A DNA stretch of 64,000 nucleotides from Octopus bimaculoides (taxonomy: Eukaryota), in NCBI RefSeq assembly GCF_001194135.2, contig NC_069001.1, forward strand, positions 22,660,400 to 22,724,399, written 5' to 3'. Positions within the stretch are counted from its first letter, which is position 1; each line of letters begins with the position of its first letter. Below the pieces are notes generated by a model that saw nothing but the letters and a program-made list of their open reading frames with translations, was not told where the DNA came from and searched no databases. Made by a program: the position numbers and the translations under genes. Below, one piece after another: positions 38,042-51,900 of the stretch.

Positions 38042-39066
38042 TGTGCAGGTATGTATGCACCAACTCTTTTGATTCGAAGGTATACCGTGCTAGTGATAGT
38101 AAATATTCAACCTTTAATTTATTATCTGAACTACCTACCACGAATGAATTATATATGCAAATCGGATTATGCGATTTACTTAATCCGTAAATACTACTGA
38201 GTTTATAAGTAGTATCAGTGTAGACAGTTAAAGCGAGTTCCTATTACAAAAGAAAATGGAATCTTGTTGGAGTGTTTCTTCTTTTTCCATCCACCAAAAA
38301 GTTATATAAAGACGTACATTTAATATATTACAAAAATGGCTGGTTAAAATCTATAAGCTTGCTTTATATGACAATATAAGATTGAATCAAATACTGTTAA
38401 CACTCCTGTAATTCATACAATTCTAGCCCCTCTGTGTAAATGATAAATAGTGACACCATAGATTTTATGACGTTGTGGTGGGAAAATTGGATTCATTATG
38501 AATACTGTCGTTTATAGGTGGGTTTTATCAGCGAAAAATATTCATTCTGCCTCTGTGTGCATACTTCAACAGATATTCATCATCGTGTGTACAAATTGAG
38601 CCATTATGTAAAAGTTTCCTACTCATGTATTTGCCAACAAGTGGATTAAGTCATCCTTTCATACCTATATACAATCAACTATTCTCCGTGATTTGGATAA
38701 TTTGAAGTTTCAGAAACAGGTTTGTTTTAGATAAATACACGCTTTGAACCACACAGTGAAGAGTAAAGAAAGAGGTGACATTTCAATATGCATTTTTCAT
38801 TGGGTTGAGAAAAACAAGCTCAATCTGAACTGTTTCTAGTCTACTTTAAGTAGACTAGTGAGAGAATACATTTGCATTTATGGAGAAACTAGAAGCTTCT
38901 GGTTATTCATAGACTTTACGAACTAATCCTCAGCAAAACTAACTTCTTTATCAGGGTATTTGCTGATGTCAATCATTAATTAATTCATTCGTAGCGCACT
39001 GCACATTGCTTCTGAAGAGTTTGACGTGTCTGATATACTTTTTAAAAATAAATAAGCAAATTTTAG

Positions 39067-39325
39067 TCTCGATTTAAAAGATAATCTAATCATTTACACA
39101 GCAAGTTATTTTTATCGATGCCATGAGAAAAAATGGAATAGATCTCATTATATTCTAGATTTCTTTGAACTTCATGAGGGACAGAAAGCATACTGTCAGG
39201 CTACTTGTAAACATCGAAACTATCCTCCAGAGGAAATTGGAATATGCCAATCTTGTCTCTATCTCACACATCTGGACTGTTCTGTTTCTGCACATATAGA
39301 TATTCTGAACGCTTCGAAGAAATGA
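39067..39325 (+). CDS. Candidate terminal exon or fossil coding fragment with a PHD/C1-like Cys/His motif
   Basis: Stop-free frame 39056-39325 without ATG: ...DFFELHEGQKAYCQATCKHRNYPPEEIGICQSCLYLTHLDCSVSAHIDILNASKK*; possible AG acceptors at 39066 and 39158; AATAAA at 39388. Confidence 0.35.
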
Positions 39326-39601
39326 CCGCAGGCTGGTTGGTATGAAGTTACTCACACAAACACTCTAGCCTATACCATTCTTTCAAAAATAAATTCAATT
39401 TTAGTTTCAGTGGAAGCTGAATAGAGTGGTTATAGCACGTCGGTAGAAAGCACGGGATCTACTTGAGGAGCGTATAGCCTATTGAGACATTGTTCAAAAA
39501 AACATTGTCCAGATTCTCTTTACTTTTTACGCAGTGACTACAAATTTACATTTATTAAAATGTATTCCGTCCGTTTCAAGTTACTAAAAACTCGTCTAGA
39601 A

Positions 39602-39893
39602 CAGTATTTATCAACCATTTCTTTCACCTGTGGACCCCTTTGACTACTATTTTATTCTGGTGGATCCATATAGCCATTCAGTGCTTCAAAACTAGTTTTA
39701 TAGATACAAAATTAACTTCTGTAGGTTGAACTATGTAACACATTAAAGAAAGAAGCCTAGTTATTTCATACTATATGCTCATCTGTAGCAGAACTATTTC
39801 ATGAAGCTTTAAAATAATACTGTGGACCCAATTTGCTATTTTTCGTGTGTGGACTCCCAAAAACTTTATATGAACCCCAGTTGAGAATCACTT
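39602..39893. mobile_element. hAT (Charlie-type) MITE, decayed
   Basis: Ends CAGTATTTATCAACC / GTTGAGAATCACT resemble CAGTGGTTCTCAAC TIRs; left flank GTCTAGAA fits the NTCTAGAN target preference; right TSD not matched. Confidence 0.6.
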
Positions 39894-40147
39894 TTGCAAA
39901 CCAATGGAATCTCTCTGCCATCTTGTGCGCTGTTATGTAATAATCACACTTTGATAAAAAAAATTTAAGGACATTAGAAATTTGTCATATCGAACCTTGA
40001 TTTTTTTTCTTACCTAGAGATAAAACTTGAACTATAACATCTTTGTGTACTTTTCACGTAGTGGTGGAAATTGTATATTTATTAAGAAGAGTATACCTTG
40101 CATTTCACATGATCCAGAAAGATTGTTATGCACTAGTAATACATACA

Positions 40148-40186
<39 letters not shown>

Positions 40187-40604
40187 TACATACATACAAA
40201 CATATATATGTATATAATATGTATATATATATTATATACATATACATAAATGTATACGGGTATATATATATAAATATGTTTATATGTATCTATTATGTAT
40301 GTACGTACGTACGTATGTATGTATGTATGTATGTTTGTATGTATGTGTGTGGGGGAGCATATATACTCTGTATATGTGAATGTGTAATCTCTTATTTCTA
40401 GAGAACACAAGAAGGATATTATTAAAGGTTAGTACCCATAAATCAACATTCAATGATTTCATAATTTTTCATGTGGATGAATTTGCGATAAATTTCAGAG
40501 TAATTTTCACCAGTGAAAGTTTGATAGGCCATATTTTATTGACTTTGAACAATTTTCTGATAGACTTACTTGTTCGTCCTTATCGCCATCATCTGCCTCG
40601 CTAT

Positions 40605-40890
40605 TTAATGTTGTCATCGATGATTTTCATGATCATCAACGCAATTTTCATCATCATCCTCATCCTCATCTTTATCATCCTCCTCACCAACACCACCACC
40701 ACCACCATTCTCATCATCTTCATCGTAGTCGTCATCATCATCATCATCATCTTCGTCATCATCATCGTCGTCGTCGTTGACATCATCATCATCAATATAA
40801 TTTTCTTCATATCTGTCGTTATCACCATCATCTTCAGCTTTAACTTCCTTTTCTTCTTCCTCTTCCTCATCCTCCTCGTCGTCATCAGCA
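40605..40890. repeat. Compound (CAT)/(CAC)/(CGT)/(CTT) low-complexity tract
   Basis: Directly visible. Confidence 0.9.
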
Positions 40891-41169
40891 CCGTTTTATA
40901 CGTGTAAGATATTTTAGTTTACGTATACGAAGATATTCTAATTAATTATAAATTGGCCTGTGCTGAATCGAAAAGAATCGATAGTTTAATGATCGATCCT
41001 AGTCAGGGGAAACAATTGTCAATTAAAATTAGCTAAAAATAGAATAAAGTGTAGAAGAGGGTGGAACTGAATCATTCCTTGGTTGGTTGGGGACAACTTT
41101 GGGCAAATTCAGTTTTATTAAACTCCTTCAACAAGTTACAGTCTTTACCTGTATTGGCAAGTAAAAGCT

Positions 41170-41405
41170 GATCTCGTGATGGTCCCCCACCGTGGTCGAC
41201 AAGCTGTGTTGGTGTGTTTAGGTCCCCATAACTTAGCGGTTCGACAAATAGACCGATAGAATAAGTACTAGCTTTAAAAAAGATAAGATGAGATCGATAA
41301 AATATGTACAAAACGTTTTAAAAATAATTACTAAAAAATCCTTCAAAACGGTGCCCCAGCATGGCTGTAGTCTAATGACTGAAACAAGTAAAAGATAAAA
41401 GATAT
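41170..41405 (+). mobile_element. SINE family A, 3' half
   Basis: TAACTTAGCGGTTCGAC...GACCGATAGAATAAGTACTAG...ATGACTGAAACAAGTAAAAGA. Confidence 0.85.
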
Positions 41406-41622
41406 ATTTATGTAGCTCTTAACGAAATTCGCTGCATGCCAGCCAGGCTCATGGTTCTCCTCTACATAGATTCTTTTTTCTGCAGACATTGACATACAGT
41501 GTTCCAGAAATGCTATCAAAATCAATCTGAAAGGATGCAGAAGTCATAGCTACAAACCCTTTCTCTTGACGATCCTATAAGAAAAAGAAATAAACACAGT
41601 CAAATATATTTTCCGTTTAGTA

Positions 41623-42027
41623 GGCGCAGGTATAGTTGTGTGGTAAGAAGCTTGCTTCCATGCCACATGGTTCCGGGTTCAGTCCCACTGCGTAACACCT
41701 TGGTCAAGCGTCTTTTACTATAGTCTCGGGCTGCCAAGCCTTGTGAGTGGATTGGTAGACAGAAACTGAAAGAAGCTCGTCGTATAAATGTATATGTATG
41801 CATGTGTGTGTGTGTCTGTTTGTATCTGCATTTGTCCTCCCACCCTACCACCACCGCTTGGCAACTGGTGCTGGTATGTTTACCTCCCCCGTAACTTAGC
41901 GGCTCGGCGAAGGAAGGTGATAGGATAAGTACCGGGGTTGATACATTCGACTAAAAATTCCTCAAGGCAGTACCCCAGCATGGCCACTGTCTAGTACCTT
42001 AAGCGAGTAAAATATGAAAGATAAAAG
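41623..42027 (+). mobile_element. SINE family A, full-length
   Basis: GGCGCAGG head through (AAAGAT)n-type tail. Confidence 0.9.
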
Positions 42028-42387
42028 TTGTATTCTGATTACTTTAGTCATTAGCCTGGTCTAAAATAAATTAGCAATGAAGAAATACCAGACCTCATTG
42101 ACAAGTCTAAACATTTGTGAAGTGTACCACAATTGGTTTGTAAGAACCAAGAAATGAGTAACTGTTAGTCGTTATATGTACTTTGTCAGTACCTGGCTCA
42201 GTGTATTACTTATTATAATGAGTAAAAGACTATCACATAGGGCTACAACTCCTTATATTTGAAATTTCATCGAAATGGATTTAAATATATTTGGTTAAAA
42301 CATCCAGTGTTTTTGCTACAAAAATCTCTGATTGTCAAAACGAAATATTACATGTGCTACTCATGCTAATCTTCAGTCATTATTTAA

Positions 42388-42600
42388 GGTGGCCAGCGGG
42401 AAGAACGGTTAGCACACCGGGCGAAATGCTTAGTGGCATTTCATCCATTTTCATCTTCTGAGTTCAAATTCCACCGTGGTCGACTTCATTTTTCATCCTT
42501 TCGGGGGTCGATAAAATAAGTACCCGTTGAGTACTGAGTGTCAATGTAACTGGCTTATCTCCTCTCACGAAATTGCTGGCCTTGTGCCAAAACTTGAAGT
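42388..42600 (+). mobile_element. SINE family B
   Basis: GAGTTCAAATTCCACCGTGGTCGAC...CATCCTTTCGGGGGTCGATAAAATAAGTAC. Confidence 0.88.
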
Positions 42601-43604
42601 CAATATTCAGCCATTATTTGAAACAGCTGGAAAGAAATGAAAAATTCTTACTTTCAGGCATCGCCCACGCGATTTCATATCCTGCAAACATTGACTTTTA
42701 TCAAATACCATTGTAAAGTAAATAAGGACCTACAAACACAAGCCACGTCCCTCAGAATAATCTAGCTCCATTAAGATAAAGGAGGATTTTATTAAAGAAG
42801 GAATATATATATATTTTCATGCGTAGATATATATACATCATTAACAGTGTAGTCTTCCAAACACAACTTGAAGGGTAGAAAATGAAATATCCTATTGAAA
42901 AATTAGCAGAAATTATTAAATTTGTTCTTAATGTAGGTAAATATAACATATTTTAAAATTAATTTATATCTAAAATAATACATTATAAATAAAAATTCCC
43001 ACAAACATAAAATTTGCTTTTATTGAATGCAACCAGTTATAGAATTTTCCACGAAGTTCAGCACAATAATTAAATAGTCATGTATAGGTTTTCTTCTGGA
43101 GAATCTATTAGAAAAAGAAAACAATACTGATTATTGTGTACTTGTGAGAATATGTCTATATACATATTGACTACTATATGCATGCATACAAGAAAGCTAA
43201 TTTGAAAAGAACACAAAATACAAGAATAGCCTCCTAAGTTTTATGAAATATAGTGATAAAATTTGACACGCAAGTAAACACTTGCAAATACAAACACATA
43301 TATAAAATTCTTATTTTGCATTTTGCTGATAAGAATTGATATGAAGTATTGAAGTCCTTGTGGCACTTTATATTTCGGTAACAATAATTTTGTTGATATC
43401 GGAAGTTTTTTTGTTTTTTTTTGTTAGATTGTTTTTTTAATTTTTTTATGAAGTGTAAATTAAATAAGGGATACTAGAAGTCCTGGTGAACGAAATTTGA
43501 AGATCAGGAAATAAAGAAACAAAGGTAAAAAAAAGTCACTATATGTGTGTATATGTGGATGTGTGAATGTATGGGTGCATATGTATCGGTATGGTTATAT
43601 GTAT

Positions 43605-43637
<33 letters not shown>

Positions 43638-45224
43638 NNNNNNNNNNNNNNNNNNNNNNNNNNNNNNNNNNNNNNNNNNNNNNNNNNNNNNNNNNNNNNN
43701 NNNNNNNNNNNNNNNNNNNNNNNNNNNNNNNNNNNNNNNNNNNNNNNNNNNNNNNNNNNNNNNNNNNNNNNNNNNNNNNNNNNNNNNNNNNNNNNNNNNN
43801 NNNNNNNNNNNNNNNNNNNNNNNNNNNNNNNNNNNNNNNNNNNNNNNNNNNNTATATATATATATATATATATCCTCATTTCTTTGTCTAGATTATACGA
43901 ATCGTTGTGCAATAAAATTAAGATATTGTAAGAAGCCATTAAAATGCGAGTTGGAAACGAAAGACTGAAAACAAATGCAGATCAAAATCAAGGTTTTGGG
44001 CTTGTATACGCTTGTGTGCATTTGTGCATGGTTATATGCAGTTGTGAGTGTATTTGTATGCAGCTTAATATATATGCATATGTTTATATATATAGGAGTA
44101 TACATATATATGTATGAGTTCGACTGAGTGTTGTGCAGGAAGGTTACTGGAAGGATGAAGAGAGGAAACCAAAGGTATGTGATAAGAATACTCCGGGTAT
44201 TCTACTGGCTGTTGGACAGTATTCACTGTTGAGCTAGTGATATGTTTAAATGATTTGAGTTTTAATCTGCTTTTGTGCAAAAACATGGAGACCATCTTTC
44301 CTCACAATACGGATGTTACCCGACAAGCTAAGAATTTTTAGTAAGTCTGATTCATACAAATTGCAAGTCATACCAAGCACTTTCTATATCTTTACTTTCG
44401 CAGCTCTAGTTCAATTCATTATGGGATTCCCGTGTGTGTGTGTGTATGCATGTGTCTGCACATGCCTGTGTGTGTGTGTACGTGCGTGTGTGTGTATGCA
44501 TATCATTCTATTTTACCTACACTAACTTAATTGGTTTCTGAATTAATGTGTAAACGATTGAGTATAGGGATGGTGGGAAAGAGCCGAAATCTGAAAGAAA
44601 CTGCCTCCACATCAGTGGTCCAGGAACCTTTTAGCTGTCTACGCATGAAAACTGTTCCTATTGTCATCGAAAAGATTACAGTGTGACCTTAAACCTATGA
44701 TGTACAGGTTTGGGCATCTCAGCTTAAAAGCTTTATGCTATTCTGCCGCCATGGATGCCATACAAAGAAATAAGAAGGGTTTTATGTTCCCCAATTGGCG
44801 AGAACGCACATAACGAAAAAGCAAACAAAAAAATATTTACGAATCCCTTGCTCGAAATTCATTAGCGTTCGTGAAAATCTTGCATCAGGCACTTTGATCA
44901 TGACTAGAAACTTTAAAGTTACTCATACAATAATTACTATGACCGCCGTCAATACGTATCTCTATAACCAATCACTAAGTTGCTGATTTCCGTTAAGACT
45001 GAGAATCATTTTGACCATTCATAAAACACAATCAATGTTGTCGATATGCTTGTAAAGAAGAGTTGATCACAAAGCGATAAAGAAACAATGTTATCTCGTC
45101 CACAGACCATGTGAGCTTCTAATATCATTGTGTCTATTGCAGAGGGAGAGGGAAGAGAGGAAAGAAATACAGAGCTTCGACTGGACAGACGCTTTGCATC
45201 TTTTTTTTTTTTTTTATCTATTTC

Positions 45225-45345
45225 AGTCTTTCGCCTTGAAGAACTTTTAGTCGAATGAATTACATTCTTTTAAAGGCTAGTACTTATTCTATCGGTCTTT
45301 TTCGCCGAACTGCTAAATTTAGAGGAAGTAAACACACCAAAATGA
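45225..45345 (-). mobile_element. SINE family A fragment
   Basis: GGCTAGTACTTATTCTATCGGTC...CCGAACTGCTAA. Confidence 0.7.
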
Positions 45346-47997
45346 AATGTTCAGCTCCATCCAATATTTATCCTCAATGTAGAAAGTTAGTTATTTTATG
45401 TAGTACTAGCAAGAGAGATGTTACGTCTCCTTGCACTAACAATTCGTAGACATATAATTTCAGAAAGCCCGTGTCACTAGATTCCCAGGTTATTGAAACA
45501 CTCCTGAATAAGTAAAGAACTAAAGAAAGAAACCTTCTGGCTATCTGGATTTATTTGGTAAATTCTTTTGGGTTAGTTCCTTGTGCGTTGATATATTTTA
45601 AGTCATAATTGTTTTGCTTTTCTGGATAGGATGTAAACATTTAATACCATGTTTTGGGTTTTCATGTGATTTACACCTAAATGGATGGTATTAGAGATAA
45701 ATATCATGATTTTGTTTACTATTTCATCAATCCTCTTTGTAGTGGTCATGTTGTTTTTATTAGGATAATCAGGAAGCTGTTCCAAGGGACTGAAAATTGG
45801 TACTTTCACTGTTGTATGTTTTTTGTTTTTTTTTTACTTTTTTGTATGATATTACCAGTTACATAAAAACAAGGAAAATAGCAAAACCTATTCTAGCAAA
45901 TATCAGTTGCATACCAAAGTCAAAAATAATCTTTTTCTATCGACAATCTGGTAAAAGATTTTGATTTGAAAAGTTTCCGAAGGAACGTTTAAGACGTGGG
46001 GAATCAAACTAACCTTTTTGCTAAGGTCCTACTGGCATCTCTAAGTGCATGAAATATAGATAATAAAACAGGAAAGAGTCTGAAAATTTTGAGGAGAGCA
46101 GCTTGGTTTCTAGCTGTTTTAGAGGAACTGTGCTACATAGAGGTTATGCAAAACTCTAACTGCTTTTAACATCATTGGCAGAGGAATTTCAAAGAAAAAA
46201 TTCCACTGCCATATGATAATGCGGGATTCTGCTGATTCCGTTTATGTAGCGCAATCACTCATGTGAAGAGGAAAAAACTGCACTTTTAGAACGTTTTCAT
46301 TGAAGACACTTTCCTACAAATGAAAGAGGCAATAGATGTGGTGGAGGGCGCAGTTACAGAGTTGGAACGAATATGGAACACATGGCTATGTCACCAAGAT
46401 TAACAAAGGTAGGCAGGAATGAAAAACGTAAGTATAAAAATGAAACCATGGATAGAAATGTATATAAAAATGAACATGAAATAAAATAAAAGTTTAAATT
46501 TAGTTCAGAAATGTGAAATCTGAAATGAAAAATGCCGACTAATAAAGTATATGAAAGCAGAACCATACTGGAATACACACGTGTATTACTATAACAGTAT
46601 TAATCAAGCCATTGTGTATACAGCGCTCACAAATCTGAAAACAAAAGAGAAAAGCAGATTGCAGAGCGGGTGAAAGTTAAATATAGATCCATTTAATTTG
46701 GTTGGAGATAAAAAATTTAATTTTTTTTCAGTTGATATTTATGTAAGTGGTGAAGAATGCTTAATGTAACTCTTGTATTTCGACAGCAGAATTATGAAGG
46801 ATTTTAAAAACGAGTTTTTTTGAGTTTTACATACATCACATCTTGTTTTCTCATTGTCTCTCAATCATATACTTTATGTCGAAATTGTAGCATATTCTTT
46901 CAAATGCCCGATGTAATTGAACATTTCTATATAATTCCTCTCAAAGAAGAATGATTGAAGTACTGTTGCTTAAATGTAACTAACCACATAATACAATTTT
47001 TTCGTACTACATCAAAGTCTGGTTGATGGAGGTAACTTACCTTTCATGTATGTTCTTTTCAGTATTGCGTGACTAATTTGTTGGGTTTACATTTGGGTTT
47101 CTGCTTTACAAGTATTCATTTATATGTCCAACTGAAATACATTTCAGATTGCTTCTGTTAAACATTTCTTCTAAGTCTATGGCCAGTAAAGGAATGCTTA
47201 TCAATTAAAGGTAGGATTTCTGCAGCGATGATGGACTAAACTTTTAATGAAAAAGTACTTTGAGAAGACGAAATTATAGATGTGTGAGTGACTGTTTCTT
47301 AAAATTCATTAGATTTTACTTCTTTATTATAATATGAGTCATTTTTGGAAACATTTTCTGACGACAATTTGGTTGTCATTTTCCTAATATTATTAAATAG
47401 GTTTAGGGTTTTAAAAGCTATAGATTGGTGAGAATAAGTAGGATATATTAACATCTATGTATTTCTCTTCGATTTGCTAAAAGATTTCCGTTTGTAATTA
47501 AATTGCAGGTAGCATCTCAGAAAAGCGATGCTTAAATTAGTTGAAATGGTTAGATTGTTGATAAAAGTTAATGAGGTTATTGCTAACATATTTTTAATGG
47601 ATTTAAAGAATATCAATTGGTATACTAGAATAAAGCCAATCTGTCATCTTTACGTACTTAAATGTCTCTTGGTGAATTTCTTAGTTGATACAACTAGGAT
47701 ATATAAATTTATTTAAAATCACATGACTTAGCACTGTTATATGACTCCATACTTCAATCTAAAAGCAATCTGCTGGATCTGATTTTTCTTTTTACCTATG
47801 TAGAAACATTAGCAAGGGCATGCGCAAATTTCCTAGCATGAATACTATCACATTCATTATTATCAATGTGTTTCAGTGAACTCTAGTGCACTAATTAGTA
47901 AAGACTTACAGGCAGAGGGTTAAAATTCAGCCTCGGTAAATTTGGAGTTGATTTTATTATTAAAATGGTGATTATAATTAGGAGCAGTAATTATTAG

Positions 47998-48690
47998 TTT
48001 CAAATTTTGGCACAAGGCCAGCAATTTCGGGAGAGAGTGGTTAGTCGATTACGTTGACTCCACTGTCTAACTAGTACCTATTTTACCGACCCCAAAATGA
48101 TGAAAGACAAAATCGGCCTTGTTTTGAACTCAGAAGGTAAATACAGACGAAATGTTGCTAAGCAATTTGCCCGACATGCTAACAATTCTGATAGCTCGTC
48201 GCCAAGTGAGCCAGTGTTATTAGCAATTATTAGCGTTAAACATGTTCTATTACTCTTTGTTTCAGCTCAAGAAAATAAATTATATGGTCTGAGTCACCAT
48301 CTTTTGATCGAATTTGGCTATACGGTTTATAATACATAGAACTGGCTGATCTCTGTATAGAAACTGTTAGAAGAGATATAGGTGAAATACTGTCAAGATC
48401 TTACTATGCTTCGAGCATGTTTTCCTGCTTTGTAAGATGAAAGAATGAATGCTGCAGCATGATCATCATCATCAATAACCCGTTCTACTGAAGGCACAAG
48501 GCCTGAAAATTTGAGGAAGGGGTAAGTCGATTACATCGACTCCAATACTTAACTGGCACTTAATTTATCTGCCCCGAAAGGATGAAAGGCAAGGTTAACC
48601 TCGGCGGAATTTGAACTCAGAACGTAAGGATAGACGTATTGCGGCTAAGCAATTTGCCCGGCGTGCTAACGATTCTGCCAGCTCGCCGCC
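47998..48690 (-). mobile_element. Two SINE family B copies (47998-48203, 48478-48690)
   Basis: Both end in ...GCTAAC.ATTCTG..AGCTCG.CGCC; the second is close to consensus. Confidence 0.9.
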
Positions 48691-49489
48691 AATGTATGCA
48701 TGCATGTATCTATGTATCAAGTAGTAAATAATATATGGAAAAGAAAAATTTAACTGAATATCGATTGTCCAAGTCCATATGTACAGATAGATAAATTACC
48801 TCTTTAACTGTCTAAAAGTTTGCTCGCATTTTTCCCCTTATTTTAATTTAGCAATAATTTTTCTTTCCCTTGAAGTTTTCACGAGTTTTTCAATAATTCA
48901 GAAAATGAATAGACAATATTTCGATCATATTCTACAAGCATGTGTCGCTGATGTTTTTAATTTTTCTACTAATATATGCGGAAAACGCAGAAATATCTTA
49001 AAAAAAAATTTCCTTCAAAAACCAATATTTTCTGAAAAGCAATAAATATAATCATTATAATGTTGTCTCAACATTTTAGATATTAAACAGTACGCTCAGC
49101 TTGAGTTGTCTTTGTTATTTTATATTATCGAATGGTTGAGCTAAATATTTATCTTTAACATAACAATTGAAGAAAAATTAAAATAGCTTTCCTCAAACGA
49201 TAAAATAAAAATATGATTTAATATGTATGTATATATGTATGCACGCGCGTGTGTGTGTTTTAGGAAAATATATTTAATACACCAGCCGAATTGACTTGCT
49301 AGTCAGCTAAGAGTAATGTCAATAAAAAAGTATTTTTGCTTTTAACTGGAATGCTAATTATTTAGTATGCATATCAGAAGACATTTGTATAATGTCTAAG
49401 ACAGTATGAAAGTCTTGCATTCTTTGGGATGCTTACATATATAAATCGTCCTAATATGTCTAAGAATTCTGAATTATATTATACTGTTG

Positions 49490-49690
49490 GTCTTGTTAAA
49501 TATCATATCAGCCGTGATCTTGCAGACTTTTGATTTCATCTGTTCCGACCGTGATCATCCCGTATTTTTGTCTATCTCGATTACATACATCAATGAGTAT
49601 TATTCTGTTTAAATCAGCAAAGGGTTTGATCTAAGAGAAATTAAGACCTACTATTTCTAGCAGGTCGAGTGACTGCGTAGGGCCTTCTAC
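49490..49690. mobile_element. Decayed short interspersed repeat of another family
   Basis: TCAGCCGTGATC...CCGTGATCATCCCGT...CTATTTCTAGCAGGTCGAGTGAC; TCTAGCAGGTC also at about 24510; family recognition is from recall. Confidence 0.4.
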
Positions 49691-51086
49691 AACAGACCAG
49701 ATTCATTATATCTTACTCAGTGTCATTGTTGTTAGTTGAAACCAGGTCATAATTATTTTGTGTGCAACAGGGTGTTTATAAGGAAATATAAAATTCATAA
49801 CGACATACCTGAAGCTGTTATAAAAAAACCTGAAGAGAGTCTTAGAAGACTCAAATAAAACAGTTTAAATTTTTCGTTACATTCTTACAAATTAGATTTT
49901 GATATTGATAACCTCCACCGATATCAGAAAAATGTAAATACTAGATGATGTGACACTGTTTGCGCACCCTTCCCCTCCTGCACCCTTTCTATGAGAAAGA
50001 GCAGCCAAAATTTCTCTCAAATCACACCATACGAACAGCAATAGTTAATGCCAAAGATGACTTTTACATGTGAGAGTATTTCACATAACACAAAATACAG
50101 CCTTCAGACATATTACCTTATTTGATGACAATCATAGCTCTCTTTAAAATATCTGAATTATTTAGTCAAGCTTCCTGCTGCCTACATAGTAATTCATTTC
50201 TGTTCGTTAATACTAACGTAGTTCTCAAAAACACATTAAAACTCAAGCAAGTAAAAGGTGACTGTGCGCAGCAGATTCTCAACTCATGCGCTAATGTCAA
50301 ATTGTACTTTGAAATTTTCCTTTTGCTATATTTCTTCCTTTGCTTCCTGTTAAACTACATTTCCCTGTGATATTTTTTTCATATTTCTCTCTGATTATAA
50401 TCGGTTTTATCAAACACATTATTAGCTTAATGTCCTCTTTGATGTGTTAACATTTTATCTTATCTTAATCCTTTCCATTACCATAAAATTGAAATACTAT
50501 TTATCCCCGATTGACGTCAAACATTAATAACTCCCCAGATACTTGTAAACATTGAAGTTTAACTTTGAATTAATTTCCCTCGCTTTTCCGCCAACGTCAA
50601 CATATTCAATCTATAATTAACATTTAAAACGTCCTTTGTGATTTTACTTAGTAGCATGAGTTGAACATGTCAAAATGAATTTAGGAAAGTTTGCAGGGGA
50701 TTATCACTTCAAACATCTTTTCATCAACAAATATTTGTGTTAAATAAGTTTCTAGTTAAGTTCAAATGAATAAATATCAAGACTATTGATTCCTATTAAG
50801 CTTATCATAAATATTCTGTAAATAACATGCAATAGCTTATAAAGTTCGGCAGTAAGGGCAAGCAAATAAAGGGAAAATAACTTTTAAAATATGAACAAAA
50901 GAAGTGGTTTATTATTAAAATACGAAAGTTACTGTAAATATGACCTACTAGAAAACACATAAAAGACCTCAGGATGTGGGAGAGAGAAAATATATTTCCT
51001 GAACCATTGTTATTATTACCATATCTTATATATTGACTTTTTAATACTTATATTGATTTCATGGATTTTCCCGTTTCTTTCTGCAG

Positions 51087-51100
51087 TTGACTACGTCAGC
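51087..51100 (+). other. Candidate 14-nt microexon TTGACTACGTCAGC
   Basis: Acceptor TTTTCCCGTTTCTTTCTGCAG preceded by a 98-nt AG-free zone; donor AGC|GTGAGC. Confidence 0.35.
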
Positions 51101-51164
51101 GTGAGCAATAATATTTAAAGTTGTATAATTGTGTCAGAACATTTAGTTCAATATTGTAATAGGG

Positions 51165-51501
51165 TATAGGCCCAGTCAAAGAGTTAAGGTGTTTGAATTG
51201 CAATATTGGGTGCTGGGTTCAAACATACTTGATAGCTACTAGTGCAGGTAAGTTCTCCCACAACCTTGGGCTGACAAGAACCTTGTGGATAAAACTGGGT
51301 TGAAAGAACTATTTGAAAGTCCTTCGGATGAACTATTTCTGTAATCCAAAGGGATGTATACAGCCACACAGTGTAATACTTGTGCTGACTAAGTATTATA
51401 TTAAGTGTAATACTTCAAGTGTACAAGTAGCGGTGGAATCTTCAACCAGTTAAATCACAATTAAATAAGCAGGTATTTTCTTTCTTTCTGTCTGTCTCTC
51501 T

Positions 51502-51576
<75 letters not shown>

Positions 51577-51900
51577 AATGATTTAATCAAAGAGGGAATA
51601 TAGCTGCCTTGACCATTTCTGTAACACGTGGGAGAAAAGAAGGCATCTGTAGACCTTAGGCCTTTCTTGAATCTTTAACACAAAGTGAAATGCGATGAAG
51701 AAGTCCAAGGACCAGCTGGTGGTGTAAATTTAAGGGGATACAATAAGGAACAGTCTCTCTGATGGGATTCCAGGCATTTTCCAGTTTCCATCTACTAAAC
51801 ATCAATCATAAGGCTTTGGTCAACCTAAGGCTGTAATAGAAAACACATCCCAAATGTGATTTGAAATGGGATCAAACTTAAAACAAGGTTGAAGCAAAAC
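51165..51900. mobile_element. Two old SINE family A remnants (about 51165-51340 plus; about 51760-51900 minus) around a (CT)n tract
   Basis: Residual CCTTGGGCTGAC..CCTTGTG and CAGTTTCCATCTAC...AAGGCTTTGGTC motifs. Confidence 0.55.

Noticed and set aside
38836-38858. 11-bp perfect inverted repeat CTAGTCTACTT-T-AAGTAGACTAG
   Set aside because: Too short and isolated to assign; expected occasionally from template switching
44286-44298. ATGGAGACCATCT match to the Penelope remnant at about 27345
   Set aside because: Only 13 bp with no extended homology
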